Positions 20,797 to 29,572 of a DNA stretch of 64,000 nucleotides are shown piece by piece. This stretch comes from an uncultured Bacilli bacterium (GTDB lineage: Bacteria > Bacillota_I > Bacilli_A > RF39 > UBA660), in assembly GCA_934120265.1 (NCBI GenBank), contig CAKOTU010000001.1, positions 5,395 through 69,394 on the forward strand, in the 5' to 3' direction. The notes below the pieces were generated by a model. It did not search any database and had not been told where the DNA came from. It worked only from the letters and a program-made list of their open reading frames with translations. Within the stretch, counting starts at the first letter, position 1. Every line of letters begins with the position of its first letter. A program made the position numbers and the translations under genes.

Positions 20797-20842
20797 TATT
20801 CATTCTTTTTCCAAATTGTATTATAATATAAAGGGTGATAAT

Positions 20843-22870
20843 ATGACAAAATATAAATATAATATAAATAATCTTGATTGCGCTAATTGTGCAAGAGAAA
20901 TAGAAGAATCACTAAATAAACATACTGATTTTCATAATGTTGTTGTTAACTTTAATACATCAAAATTATCATACGAATCAGATAAAGATTTTACTATAAA
21001 AGAATTAAATAGTTTGATAAAAAAAATAGAACCTGATGCTAGTGTTTCAAAAGAAGAAATAGAAGTAAAAAAAGAGTTTCATTTATCTATTATGGTAATT
21101 GGTTTATTAGTAGGTTTAGCTGGATATTTCCTAAAGCTACCTCAGTTGATTAAAATAGTACTATATGTTGTTTCTTATAGCTTGCTTCTTTATAGAACAA
21201 CAATAAATGCTATAAAATTAATTGTTAAAAGTAAAACTATCAATGAGAACTTTTTAATTACTATATCTTGTATTGGAGCTTTACTTGTAGGTGAAGTACT
21301 AGAAGGTATGATGGTAATTGTTTTATATAGTATTGGTAAAATATTAGAAGAACGTGCTATTAATAAATCACGTCAGTCTATAAAAAGTTTACTTGATATA
21401 AAACAACCATATGCTAATAAAAAATATAAAAGTAGTGTTAGAAAAATTGATGTTGAAAAAATAGAACTTGGTGATATTTTAGTTGTTAAAAAGGGTGAAA
21501 AAATACCTGTTGATGGTATTATTGTTAAAGGTAAGACCAAACTAGATACAGCTGCTCTTACCGGTGAAGCAGAACCAGTTTTAAAAACTAGAAATGATCA
21601 AGTATTATCTGGATGTATAAATCTAGATGATGTTATAGAAATAAAAGCAACTTCATTGTTTGAAGATTCTACAGTTGCTAAAATATTAGATTTACTAGAA
21701 AGCGCTACTGATAAGAAAACAAAAACTGAAACAATTGTTACAAAAGTTAGTAAAGTATATACTCCAATAGTTGTTATCTTAGCTATTTTAATAATTATCT
21801 TTTTACCTTTATTTGGAGTATCCCTAACAGATAGTATATATCGTGCTTTAACTTTCTTAGTTATATCTTGTCCTTGCGCTATTGCAATTTCAATACCTCT
21901 TTCATACTTTATGGGAATAGGTGTATCAAGTAAAGAAGGTATTTTAATAAAAGGTAGTAACTACTTAGACAATTTAAGTAATGCTAAAAACATTATCTTT
22001 GATAAAACAGGAACACTAACAAATGGCTCATTCAGTGTTTCAAAGATAGAAATTTTAGATAAAGATTATAGTGAGAATGAAGTAATTGATATCTTAGTAA
22101 AAGGTGAATCATTATCTAATCATCCTATCGCTAAATCAATTATGAATTTAAGTACTAAAAAAGTAAGTAATAAAGATGTAAAAAATTATAAAGAAATAGA
22201 AGGTAAAGGAATTACTTTTGATTTAAATAATAAACATATTTCTATTGGTAATAAAGTTTTGTGTAATTGTGAAGAAGAAGCTTTATTACACTTAAATATC
22301 AATGGTAAACATATCGCGTCTATATTTATAAATGATGGAATTAAAGATAATGCTAAAGAAGTCATATCTGAGTTAAAAAGATTTGGTGTAAAAACTTATA
22401 TGTTTACCGGAGATAAAAAAGAAGTAGCGTTAACCATCGGTAAAAAATTAGAAATAGATAAAATTAAATATGAAATGTTACCAACAGATAAGTTTAATAG
22501 TTTTGAAAAAATTGCTAAAAATAACGAAATAACAATATTTGTTGGCGATGGTATAAATGATGCTCCTGTTTTAAAAAGAGCAGACATAGGTATTTCAATG
22601 GGTAATGTTGGAACTGATTCAGCTATTGAAGCTAGTGATATTGTTTTAATATCTGATGATTTATCTAAAATACCTCAAGCTATAAAAATTTCTAAATATA
22701 CTAAAAATGTTATCAAACAAAATTTAATTTTTTCAATCTCTGTTAAAATCTTGATTTTACTTCTAAGTGTCTTTGGTCTTGCTAATATGTGGTTAGCAGT
22801 ATTTGCTGATACAGGAGTAACACTACTTACTATTTTAAATGCTTTAAAAATTTTAAAAAAGAAATACTAA
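20843..22870 (+). CDS. heavy-metal-translocating P1B-type ATPase (Cd/Zn/Co type)
   Basis: N-terminal HMA domain with DCANCA, the SCPCA transmembrane metal site, the DKTGTLT phosphorylation site and GDGINDAP. I prefer the ATG at 20843 to the track's 20789. Confidence 0.9.
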   Translation: MTKYKYNINNLDCANCAREIEESLNKHTDFHNVVVNFNTSKLSYESDKDFTIKELNSLIKKIEPDASVSKEEIEVKKEFHLSIMVIGLLVGLAGYFLKLPQLIKIVLYVVSYSLLLYRTTINAIKLIVKSKTINENFLITISCIGALLVGEVLEGMMVIVLYSIGKILEERAINKSRQSIKSLLDIKQPYANKKYKSSVRKIDVEKIELGDILVVKKGEKIPVDGIIVKGKTKLDTAALTGEAEPVLKTRNDQVLSGCINLDDVIEIKATSLFEDSTVAKILDLLESATDKKTKTETIVTKVSKVYTPIVVILAILIIIFLPLFGVSLTDSIYRALTFLVISCPCAIAISIPLSYFMGIGVSSKEGILIKGSNYLDNLSNAKNIIFDKTGTLTNGSFSVSKIEILDKDYSENEVIDILVKGESLSNHPIAKSIMNLSTKKVSNKDVKNYKEIEGKGITFDLNNKHISIGNKVLCNCEEEALLHLNINGKHIASIFINDGIKDNAKEVISELKRFGVKTYMFTGDKKEVALTIGKKLEIDKIKYEMLPTDKFNSFEKIAKNNEITIFVGDGINDAPVLKRADIGISMGNVGTDSAIEASDIVLISDDLSKIPQAIKISKYTKNVIKQNLIFSISVKILILLLSVFGLANMWLAVFADTGVTLLTILNALKILKKKY

Positions 22871-22901
22871 GTAAAGTTAAATAAGAGGATGTTGTTTGAA
22901 A

Positions 22902-22926
22902 AAGAAGTTTGAAACTTCTTTTTTTG
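22902..22926 (+). terminator. rho-independent terminator after the P-type ATPase gene
   Basis: AAGAAGT / ACTTCTT stem followed by a T-run. Confidence 0.7.
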
Positions 22927-23026
22927 TTCGTAAAAAGTTAATACTTATATTTTTGTCAGAAAATATAAAATGAACTAATTACTAAGTTTTGTGATACAAT
23001 ATTTACATATGTTAGGAGGCTTGCAA

Positions 23027-23458
23027 ATGAAAGTAATAAGCATTAAAGAAACATTTGCTACTTTAATAACTAATGGAATAAAAAGAATAGAAACAAGAAG
23101 TTGGAAAACTAATTATCGAGGTGAGTTATTTATACATGCCAGTGGTAAGAGTTTAGCTGAAGAGTTTTTAACAAATGACTTTGTAGTGGATTTGATAAAA
23201 GATATGAATATGAATTATGGTAATATTATTTGTAGATGTAATTTAGTTGATTGTGTTTATATGGATGAAAATTTTTTAGAGTTTATAAAACAAAATCCAA
23301 CAGAATATAACTTAGGAGAATATAAACTAGGCAGATATGCATGGCTTCTTGAAGACATAGAACCAATTAATCCAATACCAGCAAAAGGGCAATTAAATAT
23401 TTGGAACTTTAATGAAAGCATTGAAGGTTTAAATAAATTGGCTGAAAAAGGAAAGTAA
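23027..23458 (+). CDS. ASCH domain protein
   Basis: MKVISIKETFATLITNGIKRIETRSW matches the ASCH/PUA-like N-terminal pattern. RBS GGAGG lies 7 nt upstream of the ATG at 23027. Confidence 0.7.
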   Translation: MKVISIKETFATLITNGIKRIETRSWKTNYRGELFIHASGKSLAEEFLTNDFVVDLIKDMNMNYGNIICRCNLVDCVYMDENFLEFIKQNPTEYNLGEYKLGRYAWLLEDIEPINPIPAKGQLNIWNFNESIEGLNKLAEKGK

Positions 23459-23514
23459 AACAAACTTTTCTTTTATTTTGCTTAAAAATATTATATAATG
23501 GGTGTGGTGATAAA

Positions 23515-24822
23515 ATGTTTGAAAGTTTAGGAGAAAGATTACAAAATGCTATCGATAAAATAAAAGGTTATGGAAAAATAACAGAAGATAACATAAGTGA
23601 TGTAGTAAGAGAAATAAGATTAGCTTTACTTGAAGCTGATGTTAACTATAAAGTAGTAAAAGAATTTGTTAATAATGTAAAAGAAAAAGCTTTAGGAGAA
23701 GAAGTTGCTAAGAGCTTAAAACCTGGGGAAGTGTTTGTTAAGATTCTAAAAGATGAACTTGTTGAACTACTTGGGGGAGAAAAAGCTGACTTAAATTTAA
23801 ATGGTAATCCAGCAACTTTAATGCTTGTTGGTCTTCAAGGTACCGGTAAAACAACAATGATAGGTAAACTTGGATTAATGCTTAGAAAGAAGTATCACAA
23901 GAAACCTCTTTTGGTTGCCTGTGATGTTTATAGACCTGCTGCTATTGATCAATTAAAAACAATTGGTAAAGAATTAAATATCGAAGTATACAATGAAGGA
24001 AAAGGTAATCCAGTAGAGATTTCTAAGAATGCTATTAATTATGCTAAAGAAAATAAATTTGATTATGTTTTAATAGATACTGCAGGACGTTTACACATTG
24101 ATACTGAACTTATGGATGAATTAAAAAGTATTAATGAAAATATTCATCCCGATGAAATACTATTAGTAGTTGATAGTATGACAGGTCAAGATGCTATAAA
24201 TGTTATTGAAGGGTTTAATGAGGCTCTTCCTTTAACTGGTGCCATCTTAACAAAATTAGATGGTGATACTAGAGGTGGTGCGGCTCTTTCTATCCGTCAT
24301 TTAACTAATGTTCCAATTAAATTTGTTGGTGTAAGTGAAAAGATGGATGGAATAGAAGAATTTTATCCAGAAAGAATGGCAACCCGTATTTTAGGTATGG
24401 GAGATATTATGACAATGTTAGAAAAGGCTGAGTCAGTAATAGATGAAGAAGAAGCTTTAAAAACGGCTAAGAAAATGCAGAAAGGTAATTTTGATTTAGA
24501 AGATTTCTTAAGTCAATTAAAACAAATAAAGAAACTAGGACCTTTAGAAAATCTACTTAAAATGATTCCTGGAGCAAAAAAAATGGGATTAAATCAAGTA
24601 CATATTGATCCTAAAGATATGGCTCATGTAGAAGCAATTATTCTTTCCATGACACCTTATGAAAGAAGACATCCAGAAGTACTTAAAGCAAGTCGTAAGG
24701 TTAGAATTGCTAAAGGTAGTGGAAGAACTGTAGAAGAAGTAAATAGACTTCTAAAACAATTTGAGCAAATGAAAGATATGATGAAAAAATTTCAAAATGG
24801 TAGTTTAAAAATGCCATTTTAA
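23515..24822 (+). CDS. ffh: signal recognition particle protein
   Basis: GLQGTGKTT, DTAGRLH, TKLDGD and a Met-rich C-terminal M domain. Confidence 0.95.
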   Translation: MFESLGERLQNAIDKIKGYGKITEDNISDVVREIRLALLEADVNYKVVKEFVNNVKEKALGEEVAKSLKPGEVFVKILKDELVELLGGEKADLNLNGNPATLMLVGLQGTGKTTMIGKLGLMLRKKYHKKPLLVACDVYRPAAIDQLKTIGKELNIEVYNEGKGNPVEISKNAINYAKENKFDYVLIDTAGRLHIDTELMDELKSINENIHPDEILLVVDSMTGQDAINVIEGFNEALPLTGAILTKLDGDTRGGAALSIRHLTNVPIKFVGVSEKMDGIEEFYPERMATRILGMGDIMTMLEKAESVIDEEEALKTAKKMQKGNFDLEDFLSQLKQIKKLGPLENLLKMIPGAKKMGLNQVHIDPKDMAHVEAIILSMTPYERRHPEVLKASRKVRIAKGSGRTVEEVNRLLKQFEQMKDMMKKFQNGSLKMPF

Positions 24823-24859
24823 AAGGAAAGTTTAACTTTCTTTTTTAGTAGGTGATAAA

Positions 24860-25210
24860 ATGAGTAATGATATATTTGATAGATTAGCTAAATCAAAATT
24901 TAGATCTAGTTTTCATTTGAAAGAAAAGGATATTTTATATATAAAAGAAAAAGGACTAGATAAAATAGAAAGTCATGCTTATGATTTTGTCAATAAAAGA
25001 TTAAAAGATGTGTCTAACTTAGTAGATGGAAAACAAACACCAATGAGAGGACACCCAGTCTTTTTAGCTCAACACGCAACAGCTACATGTTGTAGAGGAT
25101 GCTTAGAGAAGTGGCACAAAATAGATAAGAATAAAATACTAACTGATAAAGAAGTAGATTATGTGGTTAATATAATTATGACATGGATTAAAAAGAATTA
25201 TAGAGTTTAA
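24860..25210 (+). CDS. DUF4186 domain protein
   Basis: GHPVFLAQHATATCCRGCLEKWH is the conserved core of DUF4186. Confidence 0.7.
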   Translation: MSNDIFDRLAKSKFRSSFHLKEKDILYIKEKGLDKIESHAYDFVNKRLKDVSNLVDGKQTPMRGHPVFLAQHATATCCRGCLEKWHKIDKNKILTDKEVDYVVNIIMTWIKKNYRV

Positions 25211-25274
25211 AGGCAAATAACATATTCATAAATAGACTTACCTCATATGATAAACTAGGTAAGGGGGATTTTAA

Positions 25275-25466
25275 ATGTTATTTAATAGAAACTGTGGCTG
25301 CAATCGTCAAATAGGTAATGCTTTTGGATTTGGTGGTGGATGTTGTAATCAACCAATGATGGAACAACCAGTTATAGAACCAACTATTAATAAATGTATT
25401 GAAAAAGAGTTCTATCATGAAGTACCACATGTTTGTTTGAAAAGTGATGACATATGGAACATATAG
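25275..25466 (+). CDS. CotD-family spore coat protein, 5' segment of a split gene
   Basis: Host-derived codons run to 25430; the last 12 codons including the stop are read-through into the insertion. RBS GGGGGA lies upstream. The sequence MLFNRNCGCN...CCNQP...EPTINKCIEKEFYHEVPH stops matching the family at His52 and is completed in frame by 31221..31376. Confidence 0.75.
   Translation: MLFNRNCGCNRQIGNAFGFGGGCCNQPMMEQPVIEPTINKCIEKEFYHEVPHVCLKSDDIWNI
25426..25451. repeat. attL: CACAT core (25426-25430) plus element-side arm
   Basis: CACAT is repeated at 31216-31220. The arm GTTTGTTTGAAAAGTGATGAC (25431-25451) is an inverted copy (15/21 matches) of 31196-31216. Confidence 0.65.
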
Positions 25467-25718
25467 TAATAAATAAAGGGACAAATCAAGATTTAATCTA
25501 ACTGAAGACATGAATAATATAGGTGATAGAGTTATTGATTAACCAATGAATGTTAAGAGATAATAATTTTGGTAAAAACAAATTCATTAGAAAATTAGAA
25601 ACAAAAATTAATGATACTTTTAACTAGATTATATGTATAACAAATTAAGCAATATAATAAAGAAATAAGTAAATATCATTTATTTTTATATGGTATAATA
25701 TTTTAAAGGAGGTTTGCT

Positions 25719-27476
25719 ATGAAATCAGAACAAATTTGTGATATTTTTGAACAACTTGATAATAATAATACTTATAAAAAAATATTTATAAATGGTGCTT
25801 GGGGTATAGGAAAAAGTTTTTATACAAATGAATATAAAAAAAATCATAATGACAATATTGTTTATGTTAGCCTTTTTGGGAAAAATTCATTTGAATCTAT
25901 AGTTAATTCTCTTTCAAAAGAATTTATGAAACAACTAAAGGGATTTAAAGGTATAAAAAGGAAAGTAATGAAATCCGTAGAAAAAATTCAAGGGTCATTT
26001 TCTTATAAAGGGATTAGTATAAATTCTCCAACTATAAATAATAAAAGCTTATTAGAAGAATATTCAGAATTACTAAAAAAGAAAGACCTTATTATAATAA
26101 TGGATGATTTAGAAAGAAAAAGTGTAAATATTCCTATAGAAGATATTATGGGATTAATTGAAGAATTTTCTCTGATTGAAAAAGTTAAAATTGTTATTAT
26201 TGGTGATGAAACTAATATTAATGAGAATGAAAAAGAAAAATGGAATAAATTTAAAGAAAAAATTGTCGAAAAAGAATACAAAATTGATACTTTTTCAGAA
26301 GAAGCAATAGAATCCATTGTTATTAAAAAGTTAAATATCTATATAAGTGAAGATAATTTAAAAAATTATATTTCAGATTTTTTAAGTAAGCACAGGGTTA
26401 AAAATTTAAGAACAATTAATAAGGGGATAAATCTGTTTGATGAAATAGTTAATAACTATCTTGAACAAAAATATGATGAAAGTGTTAATTTAATAATTTT
26501 AAAAAATTGTATGTCTGTTTCAGTAGAATATACTGAACAATTATATAAACCAGATGAAAATGACAAAGATTCAAATGATACATTTAAATTAATTTCATAT
26601 AGTACTAATTTGGAAATGCCATCTAGAATTATGTTCAATTATTTCAATTTAGATTTTGCAAATACGAGAGAATCATCTATTCTTGAATATGTAATAAAAT
26701 TTTATAATACTGAAATAAGTGATGAAGTTATAGAAAAATTTAATAATGTGTTAAAAAATTATGTTAGTGCAAAAAAAGATAAGAGTATATTCTATCTATC
26801 GGAAAAAGATATTATTAATAAATTAGAAAAAATATATACAAGTATTGAAAGTGAAAAATATAAAATAAAAACATTGGAAGAATTTATAGATGATATATAT
26901 ACAGTGCTTAATTATAATAAAAGATTTTCCTTGAAATATAATTTTGATTTGATTTCTACTCATGTTAATAATATTTTATTTACTCAGTATTATAATATTT
27001 CAAAAGATGAGTATAATAATAAAATTGATGAATTTAATTTAGTAAAATATAAATCATCTGAATTAGATGAAATTGTGAGAGTATATAATGATAGAGTATC
27101 AAAAAAATACACAATTGATAAGATAGACTACATAATCGAAAAATATAAAAACAATGATTTAAATACTAATTATTTAATATATTTAAGAGATAAATTTATA
27201 CAATATGATTCTAAATATTCACAGGAATATTTTGTTGAATCTTGTAGAAAAAATAATTTTTTATTACCAAATTTAGAGAGCGAAATTCAAGAAAGTGATT
27301 GGTTATGGACACATATGATTTGGACATTGTTTTATAAATATTTAGAACCGAATTATCAAAAAGAATTAAATGATTATGTGGAAAAAATTAAATCAAAGAA
27401 TAAACTAATTAAGTATAGAATTGATGCTTTACAAGAAAATAAACCACTAATAAAAAAAGAGATGAGTAATCGTTAA
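25719..27476 (+). CDS. KAP-family P-loop NTPase
   Basis: Walker A INGAWGIGKSF and the KAP-type Walker B LIIIMDDLERKS, followed by a long alpha-helical C-terminal region. RBS GGAGG lies upstream. Confidence 0.8.
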   Translation: MKSEQICDIFEQLDNNNTYKKIFINGAWGIGKSFYTNEYKKNHNDNIVYVSLFGKNSFESIVNSLSKEFMKQLKGFKGIKRKVMKSVEKIQGSFSYKGISINSPTINNKSLLEEYSELLKKKDLIIIMDDLERKSVNIPIEDIMGLIEEFSLIEKVKIVIIGDETNINENEKEKWNKFKEKIVEKEYKIDTFSEEAIESIVIKKLNIYISEDNLKNYISDFLSKHRVKNLRTINKGINLFDEIVNNYLEQKYDESVNLIILKNCMSVSVEYTEQLYKPDENDKDSNDTFKLISYSTNLEMPSRIMFNYFNLDFANTRESSILEYVIKFYNTEISDEVIEKFNNVLKNYVSAKKDKSIFYLSEKDIINKLEKIYTSIESEKYKIKTLEEFIDDIYTVLNYNKRFSLKYNFDLISTHVNNILFTQYYNISKDEYNNKIDEFNLVKYKSSELDEIVRVYNDRVSKKYTIDKIDYIIEKYKNNDLNTNYLIYLRDKFIQYDSKYSQEYFVESCRKNNFLLPNLESEIQESDWLWTHMIWTLFYKYLEPNYQKELNDYVEKIKSKNKLIKYRIDALQENKPLIKKEMSNR

Positions 27477-27747
27477 AAACTTACTTATCTTTTTTTCTTA
27501 TAATCGAGAAACGTCTCTAAACAAAAATAACATATATAAAAGAATTTGTTCTGTTTTGAAGTATTTTTAATGTATTTAAATATATCAATTTTCTTAATTA
27601 TTATTTGTAAATTAAAAAAAATAAAAAAGTTTAATAATATGCATATGTGAGTTGTTTTAGTAATAAATTAATGTGTAATTTTTGAATTAAAACTTTATTC
27701 TTAATTAAAGCTATAAATATGATATAATAATAATAGGAGTTGATAGT

Positions 27748-29076
27748 ATGGGATTAAGATATAGGAAAAGTATTAATTTAGGCTGTGGATTTAGAATTAA
27801 TTTAAGTAAATCAGGTGTTGGATACAGTTGGGGCTTTCCTGGTTATAGAATGACAAAAAAAGCAAATGGTGGAATTAGAACAACATATTCATTGCCTGGA
27901 ATGGGAATTTCTTATGTTGAAGAAAATAAAGGGAGAAGTTATAATTCGTCTCCTAATTTGTTAACTGGCGAAACAATTAATTATGAAAATACAAATATTA
28001 TTAATTTAGGCAAAGACGATTTGATCCTAAAAAATATAAGAAAGTTAAGAGAAATAAATTTAATGTCAAATATTTGTATTATTTCATTTATTCTTTTTCC
28101 AATATTTCCACCAATGCTATTATTTTTAATTATAGGTATAATCTTAAAATTATTGTTGGCGACAAAATGGAAAATAGATTTAATTTATGAGTTTGATGAC
28201 CATAGCTTAAAAAAATATGAATGCTTAAAAAATGTTATGTCAACACTATCAACTAGTAAAAAAATATGGCAGGTTAAAACTTCGACAAAAGTATATAATA
28301 CAAAATATAATGCTGGAGCTGGTAACAATATTACTAGATATAATATTTCCCTAGATAAAAAATTACCATTTTATATTAAGCATAATGTAGATATATATTC
28401 TTTAAAATTAAAAGGAGAAAAAATGATTTTTACCCCAGATAGAGTTTTGTATTTAAAGGGGCTAACTGGAGTATATGGTAGAAATTTTAGGGATATGTTT
28501 ATTGACGTTTGTGATACTCGGTTTGTAGAAAGTGATGCTGTACCAAAAGATGCAGAGATAATTGATTATACCTGGCAATATGTAAATAGAAGTGGTGGCC
28601 CAGATAAAAGATTCAATAATAATAAGCGCCTGCCAATATGTAAGTATGGTCAAGTGATCTTTAAAACAGATGATGGAATTAATATACGTATTGAATATTC
28701 AAACGCAGGGCTTAAATCAATAATTAAAAATTCATTTATTGAATTTGCTAAATATCATAATGAAGAAATTGATAATGAACAAAAAAATAATTTGAAATCA
28801 GATTATGAAGATAGTAAAATTCAGGGTTCGGATAGTAGTAATCTAGAAAGTATAGATGATAATAGTGTTGAAAGTGAACCCTTATACAAGGAAGTTGTAG
28901 AATTTGTTATATCAAATGGAAAAGTAAGTGCTTCTCTTTTACAGAGAAAATTTAAGTTTGGTTATAATAGAGCTGTTCGTTGTGTTAAATTGCTAGAACA
29001 AAATGGTATTATTGGACCAAATAATGGAACAAAAACTAGAATGGTAATTATTAAAAATAGGAGTGATGAAGAGTAA
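27748..29076 (+). CDS. membrane protein with N-terminal DUF4236, a central TM segment and a C-terminal FtsK-gamma winged-helix DNA-binding domain
   Basis: MGLRYRKSINLGCGFRINLSKSGVGYSWGFPGYRMT...PGMGISY matches DUF4236. The hydrophobic stretch is ICIISFILFPIFPPMLLFLIIGIILKLLL. EPLYKEVVEFVISNGKVSASLLQRKFKFGYNRAVRCVKLLEQNGIIGP matches the FtsK/SpoIIIE gamma domain. Confidence 0.75.
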   Translation: MGLRYRKSINLGCGFRINLSKSGVGYSWGFPGYRMTKKANGGIRTTYSLPGMGISYVEENKGRSYNSSPNLLTGETINYENTNIINLGKDDLILKNIRKLREINLMSNICIISFILFPIFPPMLLFLIIGIILKLLLATKWKIDLIYEFDDHSLKKYECLKNVMSTLSTSKKIWQVKTSTKVYNTKYNAGAGNNITRYNISLDKKLPFYIKHNVDIYSLKLKGEKMIFTPDRVLYLKGLTGVYGRNFRDMFIDVCDTRFVESDAVPKDAEIIDYTWQYVNRSGGPDKRFNNNKRLPICKYGQVIFKTDDGINIRIEYSNAGLKSIIKNSFIEFAKYHNEEIDNEQKNNLKSDYEDSKIQGSDSSNLESIDDNSVESEPLYKEVVEFVISNGKVSASLLQRKFKFGYNRAVRCVKLLEQNGIIGPNNGTKTRMVIIKNRSDEE

Positions 29077-29414
29077 AATTTTTATTACTCTTTTAATTTA
29101 TATAAATAACTAAATTTTTAATATTTTTAGGTGTATATTAGTAAAAAAATATTTGTATACTAAATATTTTTTTGACATTCTAACAAACATTTTAAGTTTT
29201 ATTATTTAATCATACTATTTTTTCAGACTTCATCGTATTTGCTTTTGTTTGATACTATAGTGTTTTTTGGTATTTTATTTTCAATAGATCTATTTTTTTA
29301 AATAGTCTTTTTTTGTATTAAATATTTATTGTTGTTATTTGAATGATGCTTAAGTAGAAAACGAAAGAATTTAATAAAAATCTTATATTGGCATAAGTTT
29401 AATTAGGTGAACCT

Positions 29415-29501
29415 ATGAAAATAAAAAATCATTTTGATGAAAATGGTAAAAAATTAGAAGATATATTAGAACAATTTTTACTTAAAATTTGTTTGGACTA
29501 A
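29415..29501 (+). CDS. possible 28-aa small ORF upstream of the recombinase (MKIKNHFDENGKKLEDILEQFLLKICLD)
   Basis: AGGTGA RBS 5 nt upstream of the ATG. No recognisable family, so it may not be expressed. Confidence 0.25.
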   Translation: MKIKNHFDENGKKLEDILEQFLLKICLD

Positions 29502-29572
29502 ATCGTTATAGGCCTTTAAAAACAAAGAAAAAATGATATATATCAATATGTGTTCAACCAAAAGGAGAAATT

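Noticed and set aside
25244-25252. CATATGATA upstream of the coat gene, matching the sigma-K -10 consensus CATA-N3-TA.
   Set aside because: I could not find the expected AC -35 element 16-17 nt upstream. In such AT-rich DNA a lone -10-like match is weak evidence, so I do not report it as a feature.
25412-25430. Attempt to show dyad symmetry in the rebuilt bacterial attB, using ATGAA at 25417-21 and TTCAT at 31231-35.
   Set aside because: Only about 6/16 positions pair when centred on the CA core, and the ATGAA/TTCAT pair is offset by 2 nt. The symmetry claim is therefore restricted to the attP arms.
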